NCBI GenBank assembly: GCA_025355465.1
Contig: JANXZO010000070.1
Location: 3,114-67,113, forward strand
Reading direction: 5' to 3'
Length of the DNA stretch: 64,000 bases
From: Bacteroidales bacterium
GTDB taxonomy: Bacteria; Bacteroidota; Bacteroidia; Bacteroidales; FEN-979
Part shown: piece after piece, positions 26,611 to 36,523 of the stretch
Numbering within the stretch: the first letter of the stretch is position 1
Layout: the number at the start of each line of letters is the position of its first letter
Translations under genes and position numbers: made by a program
The notes under the pieces: model-generated
The model's input: only the letters and a program-made list of their open reading frames with translations
What the model was told of the DNA's origin: nothing
The model's database searches: none

Positions 26611-29600
26611 CTATTCTCCTTCTTCGGGTTGAAACTTCCTCAAAAACTCTCGCTTTTTGCGATCGGTAGAGATGGAATAACGGTAACCTTTGGCAAGGTT
26701 TTTAAGTCGGCTGGCTTCACTTTTCGACTGTGCATCCTTGATGATAATATCGTTGAAATTGAGATCGGAAGAGATAGCCTGCATCAGGTTATTGCGGAAG
26801 TTAAAAAAGAACCAGTCATTTTTGGTGAGCTCAAAGTACATTGTAAAATCGTCACCGTTCCGCTTTTTCGTAAATTCTATGGTACCATTAACATATCGGC
26901 TGACCTGGTTCTTGCCAACATTGGCAATGCCGATAGGTCCGAACGAAACATACGATTTGGATGTTGTATCCCAGCGCAACCATACATCGGCAAGAAATAT
27001 TGTACGGTCGAGTTGCTCCGGGAACTTTTTGTATTTCCCTACAAGTTCCATCTCCCCCTTCAGGCGATCGGCCTCTTTTTTATCCATGAGGTAATCCATC
27101 GCCCTGCTGTAAGGTGTTGTTGCCAGGTTGACCCCGTTCAGATTGATGGAGTTAAGTATTGTATAGAATTTTTGCAATCCGTTTTCCGAAAAAGGAAATT
27201 CCAGACTGATGGAAACATGAATTCGTGTGGAATCAGGAATCACGTAATAATCAATGGTCCCGAAACTTTCCAATCTCATGATGCCCGTTGTCATCCGCAA
27301 ATTAACTTTCCCTTCGCCGTGCAGCAGACAGTTTGATGTATTCAGTGAGAGGTAACCTCCCGGGAAGCTACGGTCGTTCAGCTTCTCCTTTGATCCGATC
27401 CTGAATTCGGAGGCAGCCAGATTGTATTCGACGAAACCGGAAGAGGTAACCATCATGCTGTCACTGAAACTGTTCTTACGCCTGAAAAATGTAGGGCCGA
27501 TTCTGGCATCGGTGTTATAGAACATCAGACCCAGGTTAACCGATTCGCCACTCATGTTTCGCAATGGGGAAACAACCGGTAACTGAACCTTCATCGGATT
27601 GATGGTATCGGAAAATCTGACCCATTCAGTCTTGGTTCTGAAGCAATCAGTAACAGCCTGAAATCCACCATCAAAGACAAGGTACTTTCGTGTTGCAAAG
27701 AGCAGAACATCACCCTGAAATCCAAATTCGGTACTGAGCAGGAAACGGGCCGAATCAGAGATATGACCTTCTGCTATGGTTTGGCCACCGGTATCTACCC
27801 TGATCTTTGTAAATTGAATCTGTTTTGCCTCCCCTGCCCTGTCTTTATAATCATAATTACCCAACCCTGTATAATTCTTTTTGGAGGCAATGGAGACATC
27901 GGCGTTGTAAAAATAATGGTAACGTGATTTGGTATTCGTGATTATCCTTGCATTTTTAAGCACCTCCATTTGTGCATTCTTCAGAATCCTCACCCTTCCG
28001 GAGTCAGGATAAACAGCAGCATCGGCAACTTTGATAATACGTACCTCCTCTGCATCGATCACGTTTGAGCGCAGATTGTAGCGCGCTTTGGCAGCGAAAA
28101 ACTTCAGTGAATCCTGTTGCGGGTGAACGGAGATGAACTCTGAACCGGTATATCCCAGGTCGATCAATTGCGAAAGATTCAGCGAATCGGTGTTGGAGTT
28201 CCTGCTCTGTTCATTGGCGAGCAGGATCTCCTCGCTGTCGATAAGCCAATCGAAGCGGTCCATCGAACAAATGTACTTGTTGAACGGGAACTCAACCTTT
28301 GATATGCCCACATTGGATTTAAATTCCCCCTTTCGCTTATCAAAGTCGAAGTGGGTCTGGTAGTTTTTCGTTGAGATTGTAAGGTCGGCAAGGTCGTACG
28401 ATTTAATGCGGAAGTTGGCGATGAGTGCATCAAATGTTCTTCGCTTGAAACTGAATCCTTTGGAATCCATTTCCGCATCCCTGATCCGCACTGTTCCGAT
28501 ACCGGTAAGTGCATGTGGGGTAAGGGCCAGTTTGCCGCCAAAGGTAGACTGGTCATTGTACATGACCATATCTTTCCGGTTACTTCCAACTATAAGGGAG
28601 TCTTTGTATGGCATCCAGAATTCCGTGACAGAGTCGGCCTTTACCGCAGGATATTCTACCTCCCCTTGCTGCTCAACTGCGGTAAATGACTTCGCCAGGG
28701 TTTTCATCGAATCAGGCAGGAAGATAAACTCGGGAGAACGGGATGTTGAGTTCAGGAACAGCAGGGTTCCGTCTCCCCGAAGGCCGATGTCGCTCAGATC
28801 GATCCGTGAAATAAAGGTCCCTTTCCCACCGTAGGCCGGGAATCCGCTATCCCCGGTCGATTTTTCAATTCCAAGCGAATAATCGGGCCTGACCTTTAGG
28901 GGTTCAGCAATTTTTGGGAATATTCCGGCAGAGGTCAGCGTACCGGTAAAATTCAGACTATCTGTCGCAACGATATCAAGGCTGTGAATCGTAAAAGGCT
29001 CCACCTCAAAGAAAAATTTATCTTTCTTGTATACCCCTCGCTGTGTTGAATTTTTATTCCAGTAAACAAAAGCATTGTTCTTGTTGGTGAAAATGGGATA
29101 GTCCTTCAACGCTTTTAATCCGGACTTGTTGGCAGAATCGTCGATAAGCAAATCACCGCTGAGGTTTGTAAGGGCAGTTTTAACGCGCACCAGCGGATAC
29201 CTGCCGGTTTTTGGATCCCATGTTTTGCTCTTGACATAGAACATCATGGAATCTACAAAAGGGAGATCAATTTTGAATTTTTGGTAATCGAAGGCGCAAT
29301 CACGTCCCCAGAAATCAAAAAGTCCGGCTTCGATCTTTCCCGTAAAAACGAAGTCCATCGCCTTTTTAAGCACAATAATTTCGTTTTTCGGATAAATGAT
29401 AACCTGCTGAGAATCGCTGAGCATTACCGAGGGAACCCCCTGCAACCTCAAATCAAAACTGTCGAGGCTGAGGATACCGTTACTTTTGCCGGAAACATCT
29501 GAATTGAAAAATATCACATCATAGTCCGACTTCCCATTTCGGGCATTCACATAGTCGAAAAGCTTATTTTTAACCAGTGCGACCTTATCGTCATAATCAT

Positions 29601-31146
29601 ACACAAGGTATCCACGGGTTGCAAGGGTAAGTATCAGCACTTCAACCTGCTCTCTGGGTTTGTTCATGTAACTGGTCAATTCGTCCAGTGTGAATTCCTT
29701 TGATTTTTTACGCCCGAGAAAATTTTTAATCACGTTTAGCGGATTCAGATCATCAATGCCTTTCAGTTTTTCGTACCTGTGAAGTGAGTAATAACTGCTG
29801 GATTCGAAAACGCATTTGCTCTGTTTGGTCGGTCCTTTCATCATTTCAAACCTGATCTTTGACTCCCCTACTTTCCAGTAAAGTGCTTCCGTATAAATCT
29901 CTATTCTGTGAAAAGAATCGTACCAGGGGCTGGTTGTGGCGATGCGCTCATCTTTCACAAACGACAGCTCCTTCGAATCTTCCGGATGACCTGTGTCGTC
30001 GTTGTACTTGAGCTGAAGTCCGGGATGGTAGATGGAATCGTTTTCAAGAAAAATCGTTGCAGACGCCATGGCGGCGTTTATCCGGTCGAGCCGGATGATA
30101 AATGCTTTGGAGTTTGCCTGGACAAATACTTTGCCCCCTTTTTTAAAGAAAAGCCTTGCTTCATGAAACCTGTCACCGGTGCCAAGGATCCGGTTTCCCT
30201 CTACGGCAAAACCGCCCAGGTAATCAATGTTCGGAAAAATATTCGCAATCCCGATCATCTTATCTTTTGAATAAAAGCGAGGATAGGAAGCTTTATCTTC
30301 GGTAACATCTGCGAGCACCTTATCAAAATACTTGCCTGGCAACGGTGATTTGAAATACTTCGAGTGCGTAAGATAGACGGAATCGGCTGAAAATTTAGAA
30401 AAGCGCAACTGGATATTATAGGTCGACAATTCGGCATAAACCTGCCCCGGGTCACTGCCTGCACGGCGCCAGTCGACACGGCCACCCGTACCAAGCCAGG
30501 TGCTGCTGAGTGGGTAATAGACGCCCCGGGTCTTGTAGATGAGAAGACTATCATCGTTGGCATAGCAAATAAGGTCGGATTGTTTAAAATCCAGCTTGGG
30601 AACTGTATCGTAATCAAAACGGAACTGCGGATTAGCAATTTTCCAGCGTGTGGAGGGAGATTTATACACCAGATTTTCTCCAAAAAGGTAGCTGCTGAAG
30701 TCGAGAAATGCCAGAAACGCCCGGTTGTTCTTTTCGGCGATCAACTTTTTCAGAATGGCGGACCAAGGATGAAAATAGTCGTCTGGTTGGTGCGAATTTA
30801 CATAGATATTGAGGGTGTTGATGTAGTTGAAAAAATCGGGGTACGGACGAATCTTCTTGCGCGCCATCTCATTGCAAATGGTATAGATAGCCTTTTTCCG
30901 TGAAGGGCTGAATTCCTCCTGGTTCCACTTCTGCACGAACTCCTCAATGTAAGGTGCAATGATCTTTTTTTCGTTGTCGGCAAGATTGAAAAAAATCAGG
31001 TTCAGCTCCCCGATAAATTTTGTAGAATCCCCGCTGAACCGACCGGCTTTGGGCACTGCTGTATTTTGGGAAACTGCAAACAGCGATGGCAAAACGGCTG
31101 CCACTATCAGCAAAAATCTCACCATCCTGCTAACTATTCCCGGCAT
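26611..31146 (-). CDS. very large exported hypothetical protein (about 1,511 aa)
   Basis: Uninterrupted ORF with an N-terminal signal/anchor (MVRFLLIVAAVLPSLFAVSQ). The ATG at 31146 overlaps the prmA stop (TGATG). I recognise no catalytic or sorting motif. Confidence 0.7.
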   Translation of the reverse strand: MPGIVSRMVRFLLIVAAVLPSLFAVSQNTAVPKAGRFSGDSTKFIGELNLIFFNLADNEKKIIAPYIEEFVQKWNQEEFSPSRKKAIYTICNEMARKKIRPYPDFFNYINTLNIYVNSHQPDDYFHPWSAILKKLIAEKNNRAFLAFLDFSSYLFGENLVYKSPSTRWKIANPQFRFDYDTVPKLDFKQSDLICYANDDSLLIYKTRGVYYPLSSTWLGTGGRVDWRRAGSDPGQVYAELSTYNIQLRFSKFSADSVYLTHSKYFKSPLPGKYFDKVLADVTEDKASYPRFYSKDKMIGIANIFPNIDYLGGFAVEGNRILGTGDRFHEARLFFKKGGKVFVQANSKAFIIRLDRINAAMASATIFLENDSIYHPGLQLKYNDDTGHPEDSKELSFVKDERIATTSPWYDSFHRIEIYTEALYWKVGESKIRFEMMKGPTKQSKCVFESSSYYSLHRYEKLKGIDDLNPLNVIKNFLGRKKSKEFTLDELTSYMNKPREQVEVLILTLATRGYLVYDYDDKVALVKNKLFDYVNARNGKSDYDVIFFNSDVSGKSNGILSLDSFDLRLQGVPSVMLSDSQQVIIYPKNEIIVLKKAMDFVFTGKIEAGLFDFWGRDCAFDYQKFKIDLPFVDSMMFYVKSKTWDPKTGRYPLVRVKTALTNLSGDLLIDDSANKSGLKALKDYPIFTNKNNAFVYWNKNSTQRGVYKKDKFFFEVEPFTIHSLDIVATDSLNFTGTLTSAGIFPKIAEPLKVRPDYSLGIEKSTGDSGFPAYGGKGTFISRIDLSDIGLRGDGTLLFLNSTSRSPEFIFLPDSMKTLAKSFTAVEQQGEVEYPAVKADSVTEFWMPYKDSLIVGSNRKDMVMYNDQSTFGGKLALTPHALTGIGTVRIRDAEMDSKGFSFKRRTFDALIANFRIKSYDLADLTISTKNYQTHFDFDKRKGEFKSNVGISKVEFPFNKYICSMDRFDWLIDSEEILLANEQSRNSNTDSLNLSQLIDLGYTGSEFISVHPQQDSLKFFAAKARYNLRSNVIDAEEVRIIKVADAAVYPDSGRVRILKNAQMEVLKNARIITNTKSRYHYFYNADVSIASKKNYTGLGNYDYKDRAGEAKQIQFTKIRVDTGGQTIAEGHISDSARFLLSTEFGFQGDVLLFATRKYLVFDGGFQAVTDCFRTKTEWVRFSDTINPMKVQLPVVSPLRNMSGESVNLGLMFYNTDARIGPTFFRRKNSFSDSMMVTSSGFVEYNLAASEFRIGSKEKLNDRSFPGGYLSLNTSNCLLHGEGKVNLRMTTGIMRLESFGTIDYYVIPDSTRIHVSISLEFPFSENGLQKFYTILNSINLNGVNLATTPYSRAMDYLMDKKEADRLKGEMELVGKYKKFPEQLDRTIFLADVWLRWDTTSKSYVSFGPIGIANVGKNQVSRYVNGTIEFTKKRNGDDFTMYFELTKNDWFFFNFRNNLMQAISSDLNFNDIIIKDAQSKSEASRLKNLAKGYRYSISTDRKKREFLRKFQPEEGE

Positions 31147-31973
31147 CACCTTGAATATTTAACTCCTACCCACCTGTTGCTGACCCTATGTGTCACGTAC
31201 TTCAGTCCGGCCATGGCAGCGGCATCATTGACCACCTCCAGGTCGTCCTCATAAAACCCGCTCAGATAGAGTAGGCCGGCGGCCGTAAGGCACTGTGCAT
31301 AAACAGGAATATCGCGGAGAAGGATGTTTCTGTTAATGTTGGCGAAAATCACATCGAAGGCGGGGGCCATGATTGACGACGCATCCCCCTTCAGGATCAG
31401 GACCGGGGAGGCATTGTTGCGAACCACGTTGTCGAGGGCATTGTCATAGGCCCAATCGTCGTTGTCGATAGCGACTACCGACCGGGCATCCATTTTGAAG
31501 GCAAGGATAGCCAGTACGGCAGTGCCACATCCCATATCCAGCACCCTTTTACCGTCGATCTCCTCCTCCATGAGCATTTCGATCATGAGAGAGGTTGTTT
31601 CGTGGTGGGCGGTGCCAAACGACATCCGGGGTTCAATGACAAGGTCATAGGTCATACCTGGCAGCGGGTCATGGAAAGGCGCTCGCACCATACACTTCCC
31701 GCCTATCACAACCGGTTCATATCCGCTTTCCCAGATAGCGTTCCAGTTTTGGGCCAGGATCTTCTCGGTGCGGTAGAATATTCCTGAGGTAGCAGCATAC
31801 TTCTGCAGCCATAGGTTCACCTCACTTTCATTGAATTGATCGGCCGGAACGAAACCCTGAATACCGTCATCGTTTTCGGTAAAGCTTTCAAATCCCAGTT
31901 CTGCCAGCTGGGCCATCAGAATTTCGCGTTCCCCTTCAGGGATGCCGGTTACTGATACCTGGAAGTAGTCCAT
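31146..31973 (-). CDS. prmA: ribosomal protein L11 methyltransferase
   Basis: 275-aa ORF with the SAM motif VLDMGCGTAVLAI and FGTAHHETT. Confidence 0.9.
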   Translation of the reverse strand: MDYFQVSVTGIPEGEREILMAQLAELGFESFTENDDGIQGFVPADQFNESEVNLWLQKYAATSGIFYRTEKILAQNWNAIWESGYEPVVIGGKCMVRAPFHDPLPGMTYDLVIEPRMSFGTAHHETTSLMIEMLMEEEIDGKRVLDMGCGTAVLAILAFKMDARSVVAIDNDDWAYDNALDNVVRNNASPVLILKGDASSIMAPAFDVIFANINRNILLRDIPVYAQCLTAAGLLYLSGFYEDDLEVVNDAAAMAGLKYVTHRVSNRWVGVKYSR

Positions 31974-31976
31974 AGG

Positions 31977-32735
31977 TCATGCGGATAATACGATGGCCAT
32001 AAACTCATCCGACTTCAGGGAGGCACCACCAATCAGGCCGCCATCAACATCCGGCATGCTGAATAGCTCCTTGGCATTTTTCGCATTGCAGCTTCCTCCA
32101 TAAAGGATGGTGATTTCGTTGGCAGCCTCTGATCCGTATCGTTTAAGCACCAGTGTACGAATGTAGGAGTGCATCTCCTGGGCCTGTTCTTTGGTAGCTG
32201 TTACACCGGTGCCAATCGCCCAAACGGGTTCATAAGCAATAACCACCGCACGAAAATCGTCTTCAGGTAAATGAAACAGCGACTCTTCAAGTTGCCGTTT
32301 AACGACTTCGAAATGTATGCCGGCTTCACGTTCCGGGAGAACCTCTCCACAACAGAATATGGGAATGATATCGTGAGCCAGCAAGGCATCCACCTTTTGC
32401 GCCAGGAACTCATGGCTCTCACCAAAATATTTTCTGCGTTCGGAATGCCCTACGATGCAGTATTCCACATCGAGGTCGGCGAGCATTGTTGGACTAACCT
32501 CACCTGTGAATGCACCGGAATCGGCAGGGTAAACATTCTGCGCCCCGACTGAAAAATTTGACTCTTCCGCAATATCAGTGGCCATTTCGAGGTACAATGC
32601 AGGCGGACAAATCACCACATCCACCCTTGTCAATTCAACCTCCTCGAGCGCATCGGCGATTTCGGTGATAAGGTCTTCAGCCTCACTGAAGCCCTTGTTC
32701 ATTTTCCAGTTTCCGGCAACAATCTTTTTTCTCAT
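31977..32735 (-). CDS. tpiA: triosephosphate isomerase
   Basis: 252-aa ORF with AGNWKMN, VGHSERR, AYEPVWAIGTG and GGASL. Confidence 0.95.
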   Translation of the reverse strand: MRKKIVAGNWKMNKGFSEAEDLITEIADALEEVELTRVDVVICPPALYLEMATDIAEESNFSVGAQNVYPADSGAFTGEVSPTMLADLDVEYCIVGHSERRKYFGESHEFLAQKVDALLAHDIIPIFCCGEVLPEREAGIHFEVVKRQLEESLFHLPEDDFRAVVIAYEPVWAIGTGVTATKEQAQEMHSYIRTLVLKRYGSEAANEITILYGGSCNAKNAKELFSMPDVDGGLIGGASLKSDEFMAIVLSA

Positions 32736-32821
32736 ATCGTTAAAATTGAATGATTGTAGATTTGATGGTTAATTATTCCTGTTTCTGGTAATTCAGAACC
32801 TGTAATTTTTGCACTTCCGTG

Positions 32822-33904
32822 TTATTGAATCCTGATTCTCGGATCCAGGAGGCCGTACAAAATATCCACAAAGATATTGATAAGGATCAGGATGACGGCA
32901 ATAAAAAGCACAGCTCCCATCACAACCGGGAAGTCGTATTTCTCCAACGCATTGACTATGACCATCCCGATTCCCTTCCAGTCAAACACAAATTCTACGA
33001 AGACGGCTCCTGCCAGGAGCGAAGCGATCCACCCGGAAATGGCGGTTACAACCGGGTTCAGGGCGTTTTTGAGCGCATGTTTAAACATGATACGCGACCG
33101 GCTGAGTCCTTTTGCTTTTGCAGTTCTGATATAGTCCTGACTTAACACATCCAGCAGTGAATTGCGGGTAAGTTCCACGATTATGGCGAGCGGCCGCATT
33201 CCAAGTGTAAATGCCGGAAGGATGAGGTTCTTCAGGTCGAGGAACTCACCCCGGCCAAAATCGTCAACCGAATAGAGGCTCCCCGACATATTCAGATGGG
33301 TGATCCCGGCAAATACGAAGGCAAAGATCCAGGCGTTGAGAATGGCCGCGAAGAATGATGGAAGAGACATTCCGATCACCGAGAACACCAGCGCAAACCG
33401 GTCAACGAAACTGTTCTTATAAACCGCACAGATGATGCCGATGCCAATCCCAAGAACGATCGCAAAGGTCATGGAAACGATGGCCAGGATGGCAGTATTG
33501 ACAAACCCTTCGGCCAGGATAGCGGAAACATTCCGGCGCGACTGGTACGACTGCCGCAGGTAAGGCGCTTTAAGCACCACCACCGTATTTTTCCCAAAAG
33601 CGAGCAGGGTGATAGTTTTGTCATATTTTTCGGGATTCAGATACCAGTATCCTGAGTGGCCGGTAATGGAATGAACCGAAACGGGTGAAAGGTCATTCAG
33701 GTAATTCAGGAACTGCAGCGGCAGCGGTTTATCACGTCCAAGGTCCCTTTGGATGGCTTCCACAGAGGCGATATCGGCCCGCTGCCCGAGCATCATCCGC
33801 GCCGGATCCCCCGGCAGTACATTAAAGAGAAAAAACACCACCACCACTACCCCGAATAGAACCAGGATCCCATACCAAAGACGTGTGACGATAAATCTGA
33901 TCAA
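32822..33904 (-). CDS. ABC transporter permease (Dpp/Opp BPD-type), with no partner genes nearby
   Basis: 360-aa ORF. It starts MIRFIVTRLWYGILVLFGVVVVVFFLFNVLPGDP and carries the EAA-like region DYIRTAKAKGLS. Confidence 0.85.
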   Translation of the reverse strand: MIRFIVTRLWYGILVLFGVVVVVFFLFNVLPGDPARMMLGQRADIASVEAIQRDLGRDKPLPLQFLNYLNDLSPVSVHSITGHSGYWYLNPEKYDKTITLLAFGKNTVVVLKAPYLRQSYQSRRNVSAILAEGFVNTAILAIVSMTFAIVLGIGIGIICAVYKNSFVDRFALVFSVIGMSLPSFFAAILNAWIFAFVFAGITHLNMSGSLYSVDDFGRGEFLDLKNLILPAFTLGMRPLAIIVELTRNSLLDVLSQDYIRTAKAKGLSRSRIMFKHALKNALNPVVTAISGWIASLLAGAVFVEFVFDWKGIGMVIVNALEKYDFPVVMGAVLFIAVILILINIFVDILYGLLDPRIRIQ

Positions 33905-33930
33905 TGCAGTACTGTTACTTTGTTACCTTG

Positions 33931-35037
33931 TCACTTCATATGGAACCCCTTCACCTCCTCGTACGCCGGCACATCCAAGGCGTTCCATTTGGCGATAACG
34001 GTTCCGTTTTTCAGCAGGATGAGCCCGGGGTTGGCACGCACCATGGTTTTAAGCACTACATCGTCGGAATTATAATAGTCGAACGCAGTCCCATGGGCGA
34101 ATTTGAATTTTTTTATCTCTTCGGGCAATGAATTGGTGAGACAGATAAAAGAAAATCCGTCAGCAATAGCCTTTTTGTACAACGGCAGCAATCTACGGAA
34201 ACCATCAGGATTGGTGCCTGCCAGGTTATAGGCAACCAAAATAAACTGATAATCTGGATTTTCGAGTACACTGGCAGTATAATCTGCACCTGTGGCATCC
34301 TCTATCCGAAGCATCAGTCCCTGGTTCTTATTCGGGTCGACGACCCGTTGCGATTTGAACGTCCATTGAGAAAGCCAAAGCGAATCGTTCCATGGGTAGT
34401 TCGGCGCAACAAACTCCTTCTCTTCGCCGGTAGTTCTGTTTTTATAGGTTACGTAAAACTTAACCGGCAGTGAGGCCGCCTGGTTAACGCGGTTTCCAAC
34501 CTTCCATCCCATGAAATCGATCAGCGGAAGATGGCGTACACAATATATTGACATCCCGGTAAAAACGATGAAAGTCGCGAGGACCAAAGCAAAATCGAGC
34601 AATACAGGCAAGGCGCTGCGATATTTTTTCCGCCAGATAAATATAGGCACCACCATGGCCATCAAAACGACATTTTTCAGGAAAGTCTGCAGGTTGGTCA
34701 TCTTCACCGCATCCCCGAAACAGCCGCAATCGGGCACCATGTTGTAAACAGCATCGAAGAAGGTGAGGATGGTGAAAAAAGTCATCATGGGAAGCAGCAG
34801 CCAGGCGGTCTTTTTAATCAAAAGATTGAAGAGCAGACTGATGCCAATGGTAAATTCCAAGGCAACAAGCAGATAGGTAAGAAAGAGCGAAAGCGGCATC
34901 GCCCAGGCCACGTTGAATGCAAGAAAGTAGTCATCCATGCGGTAGACCGTTCCGAGCGGGTCAACTCCCTTAACGAATCCGGAGAAGATGAAGACCACTC
35001 CGACCAGAATCCGGAAGATATTTCTAAGTAGTTTCAT
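33931..35037 (-). CDS. BT_3928-type membrane protein (DoxX/MauE-like N-domain fused to a thioredoxin-like C-domain)
   Basis: 368-aa ORF with four N-terminal TM helices and the PDCGCFGD motif typical of MauE/DoxX-like proteins. The C-terminal TlpA-like fold has no CxxC. Confidence 0.65.
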   Translation of the reverse strand: MKLLRNIFRILVGVVFIFSGFVKGVDPLGTVYRMDDYFLAFNVAWAMPLSLFLTYLLVALEFTIGISLLFNLLIKKTAWLLLPMMTFFTILTFFDAVYNMVPDCGCFGDAVKMTNLQTFLKNVVLMAMVVPIFIWRKKYRSALPVLLDFALVLATFIVFTGMSIYCVRHLPLIDFMGWKVGNRVNQAASLPVKFYVTYKNRTTGEEKEFVAPNYPWNDSLWLSQWTFKSQRVVDPNKNQGLMLRIEDATGADYTASVLENPDYQFILVAYNLAGTNPDGFRRLLPLYKKAIADGFSFICLTNSLPEEIKKFKFAHGTAFDYYNSDDVVLKTMVRANPGLILLKNGTVIAKWNALDVPAYEEVKGFHMK

Positions 35038-35578
35038 AATTTAGTTTGATCACCGCAAAAATTGCGTAGTTTATCATGTCGTAATAGTTTGCATCCACTC
35101 CTTCCGAAATATAAGTCTTGCCCTCATTGTCTTCAATCTGCTTCGTGCGCATCAGCTTCATCAAAATGATATCGGTCAGCGAACTGAGTCGCATGTTGCG
35201 CCAAGCCTCACCATAGTCATGGTTTTTATTGAGCATCAGATCGCGGGCGGCGCAGATGTATTTGTCGTACAATGCGGCTGCCTCCTCCTCTTTGAGTTCG
35301 AGCCGCTCTTCGGTTCCCAAATCCAACTGGATGAGTGCGATCACTGCATAGTTCACAATGCCAATGAATTCCGGTTTTATACCTTCGTTGATCTTTTGTG
35401 CTCCTTTGTCGCCGATACTTCGGATTCGCCGGGCCTTGATATAGATCTGGTCGGTAAGCGACGGCGCCCGCAAGATGCGCCAGGCGGTGCCATAGTCCTT
35501 CATCTTGGTAAGGAATATCTCCCGGCATTCGCGGATCACGGATTCAAACTGGGTTTCGGTCAATGAAATATCGGCCAT
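35024..35578 (-). CDS. DUF1599 domain protein
   Basis: 184-aa ORF with an internal duplication (KDYGTAWRILR...LTDQI and HDYGEAWRNMR...LTDII), as in DUF1599 proteins. Its 3' end overlaps the downstream gene start by 14 nt. Confidence 0.7.
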   Translation of the reverse strand: MADISLTETQFESVIRECREIFLTKMKDYGTAWRILRAPSLTDQIYIKARRIRSIGDKGAQKINEGIKPEFIGIVNYAVIALIQLDLGTEERLELKEEEAAALYDKYICAARDLMLNKNHDYGEAWRNMRLSSLTDIILMKLMRTKQIEDNEGKTYISEGVDANYYDMINYAIFAVIKLNYETT

Positions 35579-35620
35579 ATTGGAGCAAAGTTTAGCGTAA
35601 GCGAAGGTAAAAAAAAATCC

Positions 35621-35628
35621 TAAATTTG
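35621..35628 (+). promoter_or_regulatory. Bacteroidota -7 promoter motif
   Basis: TAAATTTG lies 16 nt upstream of the ATG at 35645. Confidence 0.45.
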
Positions 35629-35644
35629 CGAAAAGTGTGTGCGA

Positions 35645-36514
35645 ATGAACAGCCTCAACTGTAACGGCCTGATTCTGGATCTAACCACTCCTGTGGTGAT
35701 GGGCATTCTGAACCTCACCGGAGATTCATTTTATGACGGCGGAAAACATGCCGGCATCGTTGCCGGGCTGCATCATGTCGAAAAAATGGTTGGTGAAGGG
35801 GCTGCCCTCATCGACATGGGGGCTGTATCGACCCGTCCCGGTGCGGCTGAAATAGCCGGGGAGGATGAAATGATCACGCTCCTCTCCTTTCTCGATGCCG
35901 CCAAGAAGAGCTTCCCCGGATGTATCTTTTCGGTCGACACCTTTCGCGCCGGAGTTGCCCGCGCTGCCGTGGAACATGGCGCCGGTATGATCAACGACAT
36001 TTACGGGGGACGCTTTGGTACCGGTATGTTTGAAACCGTGGGAGAACTCGGGGTACCTTACGTGCTGATGCACATGAAAGGCACGCCAGCCAATATGCAG
36101 AATGATCCACACTACAACGACGTGGTGGCGGAGGTGGCTTACTTTTTCGAGCAACAGCTGATCCGGTGCCGTAATCATGGCATCCGGAATGTGATCCTCG
36201 ATCCGGGATTCGGTTTCGGAAAAACCGTCGCACACAACTTTGAACTGCTTTCCCGGCTCAGCTCCTTTAAATCGTGCGGACAGCCCATCCTCACCGGCCT
36301 CTCCCGAAAATCGATGATCAGCAAAGTGCTGGAAACCGGTCCGGCAGATGCACTGAACGGAACTACGGTGCTCAATACCATCGCCTTGCTCAACGGGGCT
36401 GTAATTTTACGTGTTCACGATGTAAAAGAGGCAGTGGAGGCGATCAGACTCGTGGGGTTTTGCGGCAATGAAAGCAATGGACTTTCTTACACAGGTTCTC
36501 CCAAATTTACCTAA
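35645..36514 (+). CDS. folP: dihydropteroate synthase
   Basis: VMGILNLTGDSFYDGG, GAALIDMGAVSTRPG and ILDPGFGFGK are present. The ATG at 35645 is preferred over the GTG at 35639. Confidence 0.9.
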   Translation: MNSLNCNGLILDLTTPVVMGILNLTGDSFYDGGKHAGIVAGLHHVEKMVGEGAALIDMGAVSTRPGAAEIAGEDEMITLLSFLDAAKKSFPGCIFSVDTFRAGVARAAVEHGAGMINDIYGGRFGTGMFETVGELGVPYVLMHMKGTPANMQNDPHYNDVVAEVAYFFEQQLIRCRNHGIRNVILDPGFGFGKTVAHNFELLSRLSSFKSCGQPILTGLSRKSMISKVLETGPADALNGTTVLNTIALLNGAVILRVHDVKEAVEAIRLVGFCGNESNGLSYTGSPKFT

Positions 36515-36523
36515 TTTTGCCCC

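Noticed and set aside
26587-27336. 249-aa plus-strand ORF opposite the 3' end of the giant gene
   Set aside because: It lies entirely antisense to a much longer ORF with a good coding pattern. Its composition is low-complexity and Cys/Phe/Ile-rich with no motifs. It is most likely a shadow ORF.
36512-36519. TAATTTTG motif immediately before cdaA
   Set aside because: It ends only 4 nt before the ATG and overlaps the folP stop codon. A -7 element there could not produce an mRNA containing the cdaA start. It is more likely coincidental, with cdaA co-transcribed with folP.
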